DNA from: Thermodesulfatator sp.
GTDB taxonomy: Bacteria; Desulfobacterota; Thermodesulfobacteria; Thermodesulfobacteriales; Thermodesulfobacteriaceae
DNA: 64,000 bases
Reading direction: 5' to 3'
Assembly: GCA_027064165.1 (NCBI GenBank)
Contig: JAMOQE010000045.1
Coordinates: forward strand, 8,504-72,503
Both the position numbers and the translations under genes were made by a program. Under the pieces are notes generated by a model. That model searched no databases. It was not told the origin of the DNA and saw only the letters and a list, made by a program, of their open reading frames with translations. Each line of letters begins with the position of its first letter. Position 1 is the stretch's first letter. Positions 19,622-28,501 of this stretch are shown piece after piece.

Positions 19622-19714
19622 AATTTTAAAAAAAAAGCAAGAAGATTGTTCTAATAAAACTGCAGAATATTTCTTACAATAAAAAAGTCCATTACCAAAA
19701 AGATTTGAGATTAT

Positions 19715-19742
19715 TTGACTTCAAACAAATTGATGCTATAAT
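19715..19742 (+). promoter_or_regulatory. Near-consensus extended -10 sigma70-like promoter for the WPF-repeat gene
   Basis: TTGACT (19715..19720), a 16-nt spacer ending in TGc, then TATAAT (19737..19742). It lies about 40 nt upstream of the ATG at 19782. Confidence 0.5.
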
Positions 19743-19781
19743 TTATCTTCGTGGGAAAATTGCCGAAAACTTAATTTAAGT

Positions 19782-21239
19782 ATGACAAAAAGGTGTTGGG
19801 ATAAATTTCTTTTTGTAATAATCTCTTTCTTCATAATATATTTTCCCATTTCTGCACAGGCTTACGAAGATCTTTATTTTAAAAATTTCAATCTATGGCC
19901 TTTTTTTGTCTATTCTTACAACAAAATTTCTAAAAAAAGATCTATAGAACTACTTGGCCCTTTTATTTATAAAGAAAACAACTCCCATTCCCAAATATTT
20001 TCATTAAGACCTCTCTTTACCACAGTAGACACTCCGTACGAAAAAAAAGTATACTTTATTTCCCCACTGGGAATTTATAGTCAAAATAAAGAACGAACCT
20101 CCTTCAAATTTATTCCATTAATAAAAAAAACCTGGGGTGAAAATAACACTTTATATAATAAAAATCAAAATTTTATAGAAATTTTCCCTTTCTTTGCAGG
20201 AAAAGATAACAATAATAATACTTTTGGTGGAATTTTTCCTATTTATGGAACTCTTAAAAACTTTTTTGGAAAAAAAGAAATTATGTTTGTGCTCTGGCCT
20301 GTTTATACCAGAGTAAAATACGAAAACTATAAAGCTACCAGTTATTTCTGGCCATTTATTAGAATTATTACCTCTAAACAGTATCCAGATAGGTATAAAG
20401 GCGCCAAAATTTGGCCCATTTTTGGGAAATTTCAAGAAGCAAATACAGAAAGAAGTTTTACTCTATGGCCTTTTTATATAAAAAAAGAAGACAAAGATCC
20501 AGATTTCAAAAGCAAAACAATTATTAGTTTTCCTTTTTATGCAAAGGAAGATAATCCAGTTTATACAAGATTAATCCTTTTATGGCCTTTTTATCAACAA
20601 GTTAAAGGAAAAAAAAGAAAATATTATCAGATTGATTTTCCGTGGCCTTTTTACAGAAAAATTGAAGGTGAGAATGTAAAAGGCTCACGCCTCTGGCCTT
20701 TTTTTGGATGGAAAACTTCTACTGAAGAAAAGAGTTCCTTTCTTATATGGCCTTTTTATTTTCACAATGAGTTGAGGATTCAGAGAAAAAGCATCCTTTA
20801 CTTCAAGAAAGATGATAGATTCCTTGTACTCTCAAAATTGGTTAAGATTTCGCAAAATAATAAACCTCTTTTAAGAGAAGCAAGGATTTGGCCTTTAGGG
20901 TATAGCTTTGAACATTATGACAGAAAGACAAATGAATTTTATGCACCTGCCTTATTTCCATTCAGAAATAAGGGTATAGAATATAATTATCTACCTCTAT
21001 TAACCTTAATTCATCAAAAAAATCAGAACAAAATCTCCGAAACAAAACTTTTTTGGGGCCTGTATAGAAGTGAAAGAGTGGAAAATGAAAGGATAGATGA
21101 ACTTGCTTTTCTCATCAGAAGGGTCAAAGGACCAGAGACTAATTATGTGGAATTTTTAGAAGGCCTCCTTGGGTTTGGGAAAATTGAGGGCAATTCAGTA
21201 TTTAAATTTATGTTTATTCCTCTGGAGCAAAAAAAATGA
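19782..21239 (+). CDS. Secreted repeat protein of unknown function (about 19 copies of a hydrophobic-[W/F]-P-hydrophobic-[F/Y] motif)
   Basis: Signal peptide [27 protein letters not shown]. Motifs LWPFF, FWPFI, IWPIF, LWPFY, PWPFY, LWPFF, IWPFY and others recur every 17-24 aa. The stop overlaps the coaD ATG (ATGA). Confidence 0.6.
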   Translation: MTKRCWDKFLFVIISFFIIYFPISAQAYEDLYFKNFNLWPFFVYSYNKISKKRSIELLGPFIYKENNSHSQIFSLRPLFTTVDTPYEKKVYFISPLGIYSQNKERTSFKFIPLIKKTWGENNTLYNKNQNFIEIFPFFAGKDNNNNTFGGIFPIYGTLKNFFGKKEIMFVLWPVYTRVKYENYKATSYFWPFIRIITSKQYPDRYKGAKIWPIFGKFQEANTERSFTLWPFYIKKEDKDPDFKSKTIISFPFYAKEDNPVYTRLILLWPFYQQVKGKKRKYYQIDFPWPFYRKIEGENVKGSRLWPFFGWKTSTEEKSSFLIWPFYFHNELRIQRKSILYFKKDDRFLVLSKLVKISQNNKPLLREARIWPLGYSFEHYDRKTNEFYAPALFPFRNKGIEYNYLPLLTLIHQKNQNKISETKLFWGLYRSERVENERIDELAFLIRRVKGPETNYVEFLEGLLGFGKIEGNSVFKFMFIPLEQKK

Positions 21240-21739
21240 AAATTGCAATATATCCGGGTACCTTTGATCCCATTACCAATGGACACCTTGATATCATAAA
21301 AAGAGCCGCCAGACTTTTTGATAAAGTCATTGTGGCTATTGGAGAAAACCCCAATAAAAAACCACTTTTTAACATAGAAGAACGAGTTTTACTGGCTAAA
21401 GAAGCTACTAAAACCTTGCCTTACCCTGAAAAAGTAGAAATTGAAGCATTTCACGGATTATTGGTAGATTTTGCCAGGCAAAAAGGAGCCTGTGTAATTA
21501 TAAGAGGCTTAAGGGCAGTATCAGATTTTGAGTATGAAATGCAGCTTGCTCTTATGAATAGAAAGCTTTCTAATAGTATTGATACTATTTTTCTTATGCC
21601 GAGTTTAAAGTGGATATTTTTAAGCTCGTCTATAGTAAAAGAAGCTGCCAGATTAGGAGGAAATATAGAAGACCTGGTTCCTGAGATAGTGGCTAAAAAA
21701 TTGAAAGAAAAGTTTAAAAAGGGGCCAAAAGGCCCCTAA
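21236..21739 (+). CDS. coaD: Phosphopantetheine adenylyltransferase
   Basis: [16 protein letters not shown] and [12 protein letters not shown] motifs, 167 aa. Confidence 0.95.
   Translation: MKIAIYPGTFDPITNGHLDIIKRAARLFDKVIVAIGENPNKKPLFNIEERVLLAKEATKTLPYPEKVEIEAFHGLLVDFARQKGACVIIRGLRAVSDFEYEMQLALMNRKLSNSIDTIFLMPSLKWIFLSSSIVKEAARLGGNIEDLVPEIVAKKLKEKFKKGPKGP
21716..21736 (-). terminator. Intrinsic terminator for the dsr/ferredoxin transcript, embedded in the coaD 3' coding end
   Basis: The minus-strand RNA reads GGGGCC-UUUU-GGCCCC followed by UUUUU, and it begins 12 nt after the ferredoxin stop. On the plus strand the same bases encode the coaD tail KGPKGP. Confidence 0.55.
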
Positions 21740-21748
21740 GAATATTAC

Positions 21749-21937
21749 CTACACCTCGTTTACAGTAATAGACCCAGTAGGACAAACTTCCACACAGGTC
21801 ATACAACCAAGACAATCTTCAGGCCTTGCTACAACAGGCTTATCGTCCTCGCCTTTGTCATAAACCTGGGCAGGACAGGAATCAATGCAGGTCCCACAAG
21901 CTTCACAGGTGTCATAGTTTACAGTAATTTCAAACAT
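21749..21937 (-). CDS. Small 2x[4Fe-4S]-type ferredoxin
   Basis: Two Cys clusters, CEACGTCIDSCP and CLGCMTCVEVCP, in 62 aa. Confidence 0.85.
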   Translation of the reverse strand: MFEITVNYDTCEACGTCIDSCPAQVYDKGEDDKPVVARPEDCLGCMTCVEVCPTGSITVNEV

Positions 21938-21949
21938 CTTACACCTCCT

Positions 21950-23332
21950 TTAGGATTTATTTTTAAATTCTTTAGCACGTTTCAAAAAATTCTCAGCCCA
22001 GTTTTTTACACTATAAGCATGTATGTGTAAGTATCCAGCTAAAACATTTTTATAAAGTACACCGTCATATTTGCCATCTATCCCAAAACCTTTCTCTATT
22101 TGATATATATACTTCAAAAAATTATTTTTGTCAATTGGTTGTGCTTTAGAATAATGAAATTCATGGCCTTTGAGAGTTTGATTCAAATCAAAATAAGGAT
22201 TCTCCTCCACGACTTTTGCAATAACATAGCCATGCCCCTGCGGTTTCTTATCCACCACAAATTTAAAGGGTAAAACACCACACATAGGATAACTTTTGCC
22301 TTTCCATTCTATTTCTTTACCAAGATACATAAATCCTCCACACTCCGCATATATTGGCATTCCTTCTTCTGCGGCCTCTTTAAGCGCCCTCATTATCTTT
22401 TCATTTGCTGCCAATTTTTCTGCCTGTAATTCTGGAAATCCACCTCCTAAATACACACAATCAACTTCTGGGAAAGAATCTTCCATAGCATTTATATACA
22501 CAAGCTCCGCACCAAGCCTGACAAGTTCGTCCAGATTTTCTGGATAATAAAATTGAAAAGAGGGATCTCTAAAAACTGCCACCTTTATTTCTTTAAAAAC
22601 ACCATCATCTTTCTGGCCAATTTCTGGAATATAAAGTTGAGGAGCACTTCTTGCTACTTTTAAAATGCGTTCCCAATCACAATTTTCTTGAACCATCTCT
22701 AAAAGTTCCTGTAAAAAAGAATTCTCTTCGTATTCTAAAGAAGTAATAAGCCCAAGGTGCCTTTCCTTAGGAGAGGTTTTAAGTTTATAAATAACTCCAA
22801 GTACAGGGACCCCTGTATAATATTCAATAGAATTCCTTATTACATTGGCATGTCTTTCTCTTGCTATTTTGTTTAAAATCACCCCTCTTATATCCAGACC
22901 TTCTTCAAATTCTAAAAAACCCTTTACTAAAGCTGCTAAACTCCTTGTAACCTTCGTACAGTCAAGAACCAAAATAATAGGGGCCTTTAAAAGATAGGCC
23001 AGACGAGAAGAACTACAGCTTCCCTTAAAATCCATTCCGTCAAAAAGTCCTCTATTCCCTTCAATTACAGCAATATCACAGTCCTTTGCTCCCTGATAAA
23101 AAGAAAAAAGATTATGAGCTTCATCAAAAAGAAACATGTCCAGATTACGACAGGATCTACCAGAAACCTTTCTTAACCAGCCAGCATCTATATAATCCGG
23201 TCCTTTTTTAAAACAAGTAACTGTATACCCACGGGTTTTAAGATAATGAAGAATTCCAAGAGTAAAAAGAGTCTTTCCAGCCCCTCCCTTATGAGAGGCA
23301 ATAAAAAGACGGGGAATGGAAAAAGTTATCAT
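21950..23332 (-). CDS. dsrN: Cobyrinic acid a,c-diamide synthase homologue in a dsr context (DsrN-like siroheme amidase)
   Basis: CbiA-type P-loop (SHKGGAGKTL) plus a C-terminal glutamine amidotransferase domain (YAECGGFMYL). It lies directly downstream of dsrP. Confidence 0.75.
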   Translation of the reverse strand: MITFSIPRLFIASHKGGAGKTLFTLGILHYLKTRGYTVTCFKKGPDYIDAGWLRKVSGRSCRNLDMFLFDEAHNLFSFYQGAKDCDIAVIEGNRGLFDGMDFKGSCSSSRLAYLLKAPIILVLDCTKVTRSLAALVKGFLEFEEGLDIRGVILNKIARERHANVIRNSIEYYTGVPVLGVIYKLKTSPKERHLGLITSLEYEENSFLQELLEMVQENCDWERILKVARSAPQLYIPEIGQKDDGVFKEIKVAVFRDPSFQFYYPENLDELVRLGAELVYINAMEDSFPEVDCVYLGGGFPELQAEKLAANEKIMRALKEAAEEGMPIYAECGGFMYLGKEIEWKGKSYPMCGVLPFKFVVDKKPQGHGYVIAKVVEENPYFDLNQTLKGHEFHYSKAQPIDKNNFLKYIYQIEKGFGIDGKYDGVLYKNVLAGYLHIHAYSVKNWAENFLKRAKEFKNKS

Positions 23333-23376
23333 AATTTATCTTAAAATTTTACTGAAAAGATTTGCTAAATGTTTTT

Positions 23377-23401
23377 CAGGAGGAGGGAAAACCTCCTCCT
23401 G
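23377..23401 (-). other. Perfect 10-bp GC-rich stem-loop in the dsrP-dsrN spacer
   Basis: CAGGAGGAGG (23377..23386) and CCTCCTCCTG (23392..23401) are exact reverse complements around a 5-nt loop. No T-run follows in either orientation. Confidence 0.6.
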
Positions 23402-23420
23402 AAACCAGGCTCAATTTTTC

Positions 23421-24602
23421 TTAGTTTCCTTTCATTTTAACTACAAGATTTTTAGATTGATAAACAGATACTGCTATTTTCCAGAGAATAGTTACAATCA
23501 GAAAACCAATAGCCCAAACAGCCACACCAATCATAACCTCGCCAAAAGTTGGCTTGTAAGGAACCACTACACCCTGAGGATTGGGAGTAAAACCACCTAT
23601 CATTAAGAGAAGCCCTTTGTCTATCCATACAGAAAGTACCACAGCAATACATGCAAGAACAAGGGTTGTCTCATTTTTACGGGTCTGGGGAATCACAAGT
23701 AAGGTTAAACCTATTAAAGCAAGAATCACAGAAGCCCAGGCAAAACCTACCCATTCAGAATGCCCCTGAAGTCCAGAGAAAAGATAAATAAAAGGTTCTG
23801 TATGCTCAGGGATTCCACTATAGAAAGCTGTAAAAAGCTCAAAGCATATAAATAAAAGATTTATAATAAAAGCATAAGTAATTATCTTTGAAAGGGTATC
23901 AACAGCTTTTTTACCAATATCAAACCCTGTAAGCTTCTTTAAAAGAAGGGCAAGGACTAAAAGAAGAGCAGGTCCTGCAGAAAAAGCAGAGGCTAAAAAT
24001 CTCGGAGCCATAATAGCTGTAAGCCAGAAACCTCTTCCAGGTAAACCCTGAATAAGAAAGGCTGTTACCATATGAATGGAAGGTCCCCAGAGAATAGCCC
24101 AGTAAATAAAAGGCTTAAGCCAGGAAGGATATTTAGTCTCTTTATATTCCGCATGAAGAACTGTCCATCCACAGAGAAGATTTAAAAATAGATAAGTAGA
24201 AAGCACTATCAGGTCATAAAAGATAATAGAATGTGGCGTAGGATAAAGAAGAACATTAAACACTCTTTGAGGTTGCCCCATAATCACAAATACAGAAAGC
24301 ATAGAAACTACAACCATTCCCACTGCAAAAAATTCAGCAAGAACCGTAAGTCTGCCAAATTCCTTACAATTGTGTAAATAGTAAGGAAGCACTATCATAA
24401 CAGCAGATGCTGCAGCACCAACAAAAAAGGCAAGCTGTCCAATATGGAAACCCCAAGTCAAATCTTTATGTAAACCACAAACCACACCTGTACCAAGTTT
24501 GTGCTCTAAAACCCAGTAGTAAAATCCTATGGCTATAATAACAAGCAAACACAAAATCCAGATCCAATATTTCGGCCTTCCTTTCAATGCATATTCTAAC
24601 AT
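23421..24602 (-). CDS. dsrP: DsrP (NrfD/PsrC-like integral membrane quinone-interacting subunit)
   Basis: 393-aa polytopic membrane protein in the M-K-J-O-P gene order. Confidence 0.85.
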   Translation of the reverse strand: MLEYALKGRPKYWIWILCLLVIIAIGFYYWVLEHKLGTGVVCGLHKDLTWGFHIGQLAFFVGAAASAVMIVLPYYLHNCKEFGRLTVLAEFFAVGMVVVSMLSVFVIMGQPQRVFNVLLYPTPHSIIFYDLIVLSTYLFLNLLCGWTVLHAEYKETKYPSWLKPFIYWAILWGPSIHMVTAFLIQGLPGRGFWLTAIMAPRFLASAFSAGPALLLVLALLLKKLTGFDIGKKAVDTLSKIITYAFIINLLFICFELFTAFYSGIPEHTEPFIYLFSGLQGHSEWVGFAWASVILALIGLTLLVIPQTRKNETTLVLACIAVVLSVWIDKGLLLMIGGFTPNPQGVVVPYKPTFGEVMIGVAVWAIGFLIVTILWKIAVSVYQSKNLVVKMKGN

Positions 24603-24614
24603 CTCAAGCCCTCC

Positions 24615-25391
24615 TTACACAATGTAAAATACCATTGGTTTAGTTCCAAGTTGTGGCTTCCTTACCAGCACAAGATTTTCTTTAATAACCCTCGTTATTT
24701 CAGCCTCTGGATCGTAAATATTACCAAAATATATTTTTCCTTTAGCTGCTTCTACACAATAAGGCAGTTTCCCTTGGTCAAGCCTTTCATAGCAGAAAAT
24801 ACACTTTTCAACTACTCCCATAGTCCTTGCAGGGTACTCAGGATTTACATGCTTTAAGTATTCCTTAGGATGGAAGAAATTATAACTACGAGAGCCATAA
24901 GGACAGGCTGTCATACAAAATTTACATCCTATACATCTATGATAGTCCTGTACAACTATTCCATCAGGCCTCTGAAAAGTTGCCTGAACAGGACATACTC
25001 TTACACAGACAGGATTTTCACAGTGGTTACATAAAAGAAGATATTTTCTATTTCTTAACTCCTCAGAAGGATCTTCCTCTGCAAGCTCAGGAAAGGCATG
25101 CTCAAAAGTATCTTCCCAGATCCACCTTACAGCCTTGGTGGGCTCGGGAATATCAGGAACATTATGGGCTCGGTGACAGGCCTCTATTATCCTTTTGCAA
25201 TCCTCTTCTGTAAGACGTCTTGTATCAATTGCCATTGCCCAGCGAACTTTACCTTTTTTCCCTTCTCCCACTACCTGAGCAAGGACTTCATCACCCCTAC
25301 ATAGCACGAACTCTTCTAAGGAGAAAACACCTGTACCAAACAAAAAAGAAAGGCCAGCAATTTTTAAAAATTTTCTTCTATCTATTGCCAT
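24615..25391 (-). CDS. dsrO: DsrO (periplasmic Tat-exported FeS subunit)
   Basis: Twin-arginine signal DRRKFLKIAG and several Cys clusters (CNHCENPVCVRVCP, CIGCKFCMTACP). Confidence 0.9.
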   Translation of the reverse strand: MAIDRRKFLKIAGLSFLFGTGVFSLEEFVLCRGDEVLAQVVGEGKKGKVRWAMAIDTRRLTEEDCKRIIEACHRAHNVPDIPEPTKAVRWIWEDTFEHAFPELAEEDPSEELRNRKYLLLCNHCENPVCVRVCPVQATFQRPDGIVVQDYHRCIGCKFCMTACPYGSRSYNFFHPKEYLKHVNPEYPARTMGVVEKCIFCYERLDQGKLPYCVEAAKGKIYFGNIYDPEAEITRVIKENLVLVRKPQLGTKPMVFYIV

Positions 25392-25785
25392 TTTGCCACC
25401 TCCTCAGTTTTGCCACTTCCTCAGGGGCTATGTGACAGTGCCAACAATCTGGATGAGTTGCTACAAATTTGTGGCACCTGTCACAAAACTTTTCATTACT
25501 TTTATGACACTTCATACATGTGTTCTGAAGGCTGATAAGATATGTCTTTCCATCCGCTCCAACAAATGTTCTCTTTCCTTCTCTTATAGCCATATTCCTC
25601 CACTTAAGAAGGAGTTTCATATGATAAGCCCTCATGTATTCCTTGGACTCTACACAATTTTTTTCTTCCTTGGGAAGCTCCGGTCGTGGAATAGCTTTTG
25701 CTCCTCCCAAATTTAACCACATGGGAATTGTAAAAAAGATGATAAAAATAATAATTCCTGGAATCACTTTGTCACTGTTGTACAT
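25378..25785 (-). CDS. dsrJ: DsrJ (membrane-anchored trihaem cytochrome c)
   Basis: N-terminal TM helix and exactly three CxxCH motifs (CMKCH, CDRCH, CWHCH). Confidence 0.9.
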   Translation of the reverse strand: MYNSDKVIPGIIIFIIFFTIPMWLNLGGAKAIPRPELPKEEKNCVESKEYMRAYHMKLLLKWRNMAIREGKRTFVGADGKTYLISLQNTCMKCHKSNEKFCDRCHKFVATHPDCWHCHIAPEEVAKLRRWQNGNR

Positions 25786-25788
25786 GGC

Positions 25789-27414
25789 TTATACCCCCTC
25801 TCCTTCTTTGCCTTCTTTACCTTTTAATGGACGATATCTTAAATCCATAGTCCTTTCTTTTTCACCATCAAGTACAATTGCATTACCCACAAGCTCATGC
25901 ACACCACATACATCCACCCCAGGAACCCAGTAGTCCATAAGGGCAGGAAAGACCGCCCTATCAATAGCACAAATACAGGCAAGATGATTTACTCCGTACT
26001 TTTTTCTTACATATTCTACAGCATTAGCCCTCGGAAAACCTCCCCTCATCCTCATTTCCATATATTCATCTGCATTAAGACCTGATCCACTTCCGCAGCA
26101 GAATGTCTTTTCTCTAATGGTATTTTCTGGCATTTCAACAAAATTATTGCAAACATTTTTAAGAATAAATCTTGGCTCTTCAAGAATTCCCATAGCACGG
26201 GAAGGATTGCAGGAGTCATGGAAAGTTACCACAACATGGTCATTCCTTGAAGGATCAAGTTTAAGCTTATTGTGAGCAATAAGATCTGCTGTAAATTCAC
26301 ATATATGGACAATCTTATTATCTTTAGCATTTTCAAAAACTGTTCCAGTAATAGGGGACTTGGGCACTTCAAGGAAATCCACAGGACCATACCAGGTGTT
26401 ATGATATTGATGCCATACCCTCCACATGTGTCCACATTCACCACCAAGAATCCATTTAACTTTAAGACGCCGTGCCTCTTCATAAATCTTTGCATGAAGT
26501 TTCTTTGCAAGCTCAAGTTTATTGAAAAATCCAAAGTTTCCAGACTCCGAAGCATAGGTGCTTATAGTATAATCCAATCCAATGTGATGAAAAAGAATAA
26601 GATAACCCATAAAATTATAAATCCCCGGGTCTGCAAAGTAGTCTCCAGAAGGAGGAACAAAAAGCACCTCAGCTCCTTTCTTATTAATGGGAACTTCTAT
26701 TTTTACACCGGTGATTTCTTCAATGTCCATCACTAAATATTCTATAATTTCCTTCAAAGTGTGAGGCTGAATTCCAATGTGGTTACCCACGATATGACAG
26801 AATCTAACCGGCTTCATCGCCCAGTCTATAGCAATACCAAGCTCGTGAAGGACTTCTCTCATCACAATAGTAATTTCTGCAGTGTCTATGCCATAAGGAC
26901 AAAAAACTGAACACCTTCTACATTCTGTACATTGATAAAAATAATAAAACCATTCTTTTATTATATCTTCAGTAAGCTCCCTTGCTCCGGCAAGTCTCCC
27001 AAAAAGTTTACCCAGAGGAGAAAATTCTCCTTTAATAACCGACCTTACAAGCTCTCCTCTTAAAACAGGCATATTCTTGGGATCTCCACTCCCTAAGAAA
27101 AAGTGACACTTGTCTGCACAGGCTCCACACCTTACACAAATGTCCATAAAAAGTTTAAAAGAACGAAAACGATTGAGCCTATCTCTTAAGGCATTTAAAG
27201 TGCGCTCCTTCCAGTCAGGAGGAAGGGGCCATTTTTCATCATGGGGTTGCCATTGGCCCATGTGAGGAAGCCCTAAATCTTCCATTACCTGCGGCTCTAC
27301 TGCATAACAATAAGTCCCTCTCTTAAACTCTGGCTTTATATCCATCCAGTGTTTTTCTGGAGCCTTGTGCAGGTTCACATCCTGTAAAAGCTCGTCTGGT
27401 TTTGGAAGTGCCAT
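25789..27414 (-). CDS. dsrK: DsrK (HdrD-like catalytic FeS subunit with CCG domains)
   Basis: CVRCGACADKCHF and CTECRRCSVFCPYG ferredoxin-like clusters, plus the CCG-type motif FCCGSGSG. Confidence 0.9.
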   Translation of the reverse strand: MALPKPDELLQDVNLHKAPEKHWMDIKPEFKRGTYCYAVEPQVMEDLGLPHMGQWQPHDEKWPLPPDWKERTLNALRDRLNRFRSFKLFMDICVRCGACADKCHFFLGSGDPKNMPVLRGELVRSVIKGEFSPLGKLFGRLAGARELTEDIIKEWFYYFYQCTECRRCSVFCPYGIDTAEITIVMREVLHELGIAIDWAMKPVRFCHIVGNHIGIQPHTLKEIIEYLVMDIEEITGVKIEVPINKKGAEVLFVPPSGDYFADPGIYNFMGYLILFHHIGLDYTISTYASESGNFGFFNKLELAKKLHAKIYEEARRLKVKWILGGECGHMWRVWHQYHNTWYGPVDFLEVPKSPITGTVFENAKDNKIVHICEFTADLIAHNKLKLDPSRNDHVVVTFHDSCNPSRAMGILEEPRFILKNVCNNFVEMPENTIREKTFCCGSGSGLNADEYMEMRMRGGFPRANAVEYVRKKYGVNHLACICAIDRAVFPALMDYWVPGVDVCGVHELVGNAIVLDGEKERTMDLRYRPLKGKEGKEGEGV

Positions 27415-27438
27415 ACCTATCCCTCCCCTTAAAATTCT

Positions 27439-28476
27439 TTAAGCTGCTTTATTTTCTTTTGCTACATTCTGACCCTTACACCACTCTTCATCTAATTCAA
27501 AACCAGCCTGCTGAAGTTGTTCTTTAAAGTGCTCCTGCCATTCACAGAAAGTATGATACTTTACAGGGTAATCCCAAGGATTTACATACCTTCTCATACG
27601 GTTATCATTGGGCAGGTTCCTGGTAGGAGAAAAGAAGACTCCCACCATGTGCACAAGTTTACTAAACGGAAAATAAGCCGCAAGAGTGCAAACCAAAAAG
27701 AGATGTACAAAAAATATAGTACCAATGTGGGCATCCTTAGGCATAGCTGGATGTAAAGTCGCAAGGCCTATAGCAAGTTCCTTTACACCATACACATCTA
27801 CTTTATAAACATGCCTCATCAATATCCCTGAAATCACTATTCCTAAAATCAAAAACAGTGGGAAATAATCAGAAGCATGAGAAATGTAAGAAACTTTGGC
27901 ATCTACCAGCCTTCTTAAAAGAAGGAAAAGAAGACCGCCAAGAATCATAAGATCTGTGATATAAATAGGAGGAAAACCTATCTGGAAAAAGCTATCCACA
28001 TAATCAATATAATTTAGAATAGAAGGAACATGATAAAGAAATAGTCTCAAATGCCTTATAAGGACAATAAAAAATCCCCAGTGAAAGAGAATAGCTCCAA
28101 ACCAGAGCCATTTAGCAGAACCATAAATAAGCCGCCTTCCCTGAAGATCTGCCCTCAAATTTCTAAAGAGACTCCTAAAAAACACAACTTCAAAAAACAT
28201 CCTCAGCACAACTTCCCAGGTGTTTGCAGGAGACTCAAGCCTGCTGTACTTAATCCAGGGAAGACTTTTTTCCTGGCCACATACACTGGGAATTTTAAAT
28301 GGCTGAGGAACCCGAGCCCATTGCACTATTCTATAAATTAAACCTATAAAAAACACAAAAAAAGCTAAATAAGGAATTACTATACCAAAAAAACTGTCCA
28401 AACCCAGGGCTGAAACCCCTATCCACGGTATAAGAATTAATGCAATTACCGCAAGCAAGCTTACTCCTACATTCAT
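27439..28476 (-). CDS. dsrM: DsrM (NarI-like dihaem b membrane subunit)
   Basis: 345-aa protein with a multi-TM NarI-like region and a cytoplasmic tail. It is the first gene of the M-K-J-O-P order. Confidence 0.85.
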   Translation of the reverse strand: MNVGVSLLAVIALILIPWIGVSALGLDSFFGIVIPYLAFFVFFIGLIYRIVQWARVPQPFKIPSVCGQEKSLPWIKYSRLESPANTWEVVLRMFFEVVFFRSLFRNLRADLQGRRLIYGSAKWLWFGAILFHWGFFIVLIRHLRLFLYHVPSILNYIDYVDSFFQIGFPPIYITDLMILGGLLFLLLRRLVDAKVSYISHASDYFPLFLILGIVISGILMRHVYKVDVYGVKELAIGLATLHPAMPKDAHIGTIFFVHLFLVCTLAAYFPFSKLVHMVGVFFSPTRNLPNDNRMRRYVNPWDYPVKYHTFCEWQEHFKEQLQQAGFELDEEWCKGQNVAKENKAA

Positions 28477-28501
28477 AAGCCTCTCCCTCTATTATTTATT
28501 T

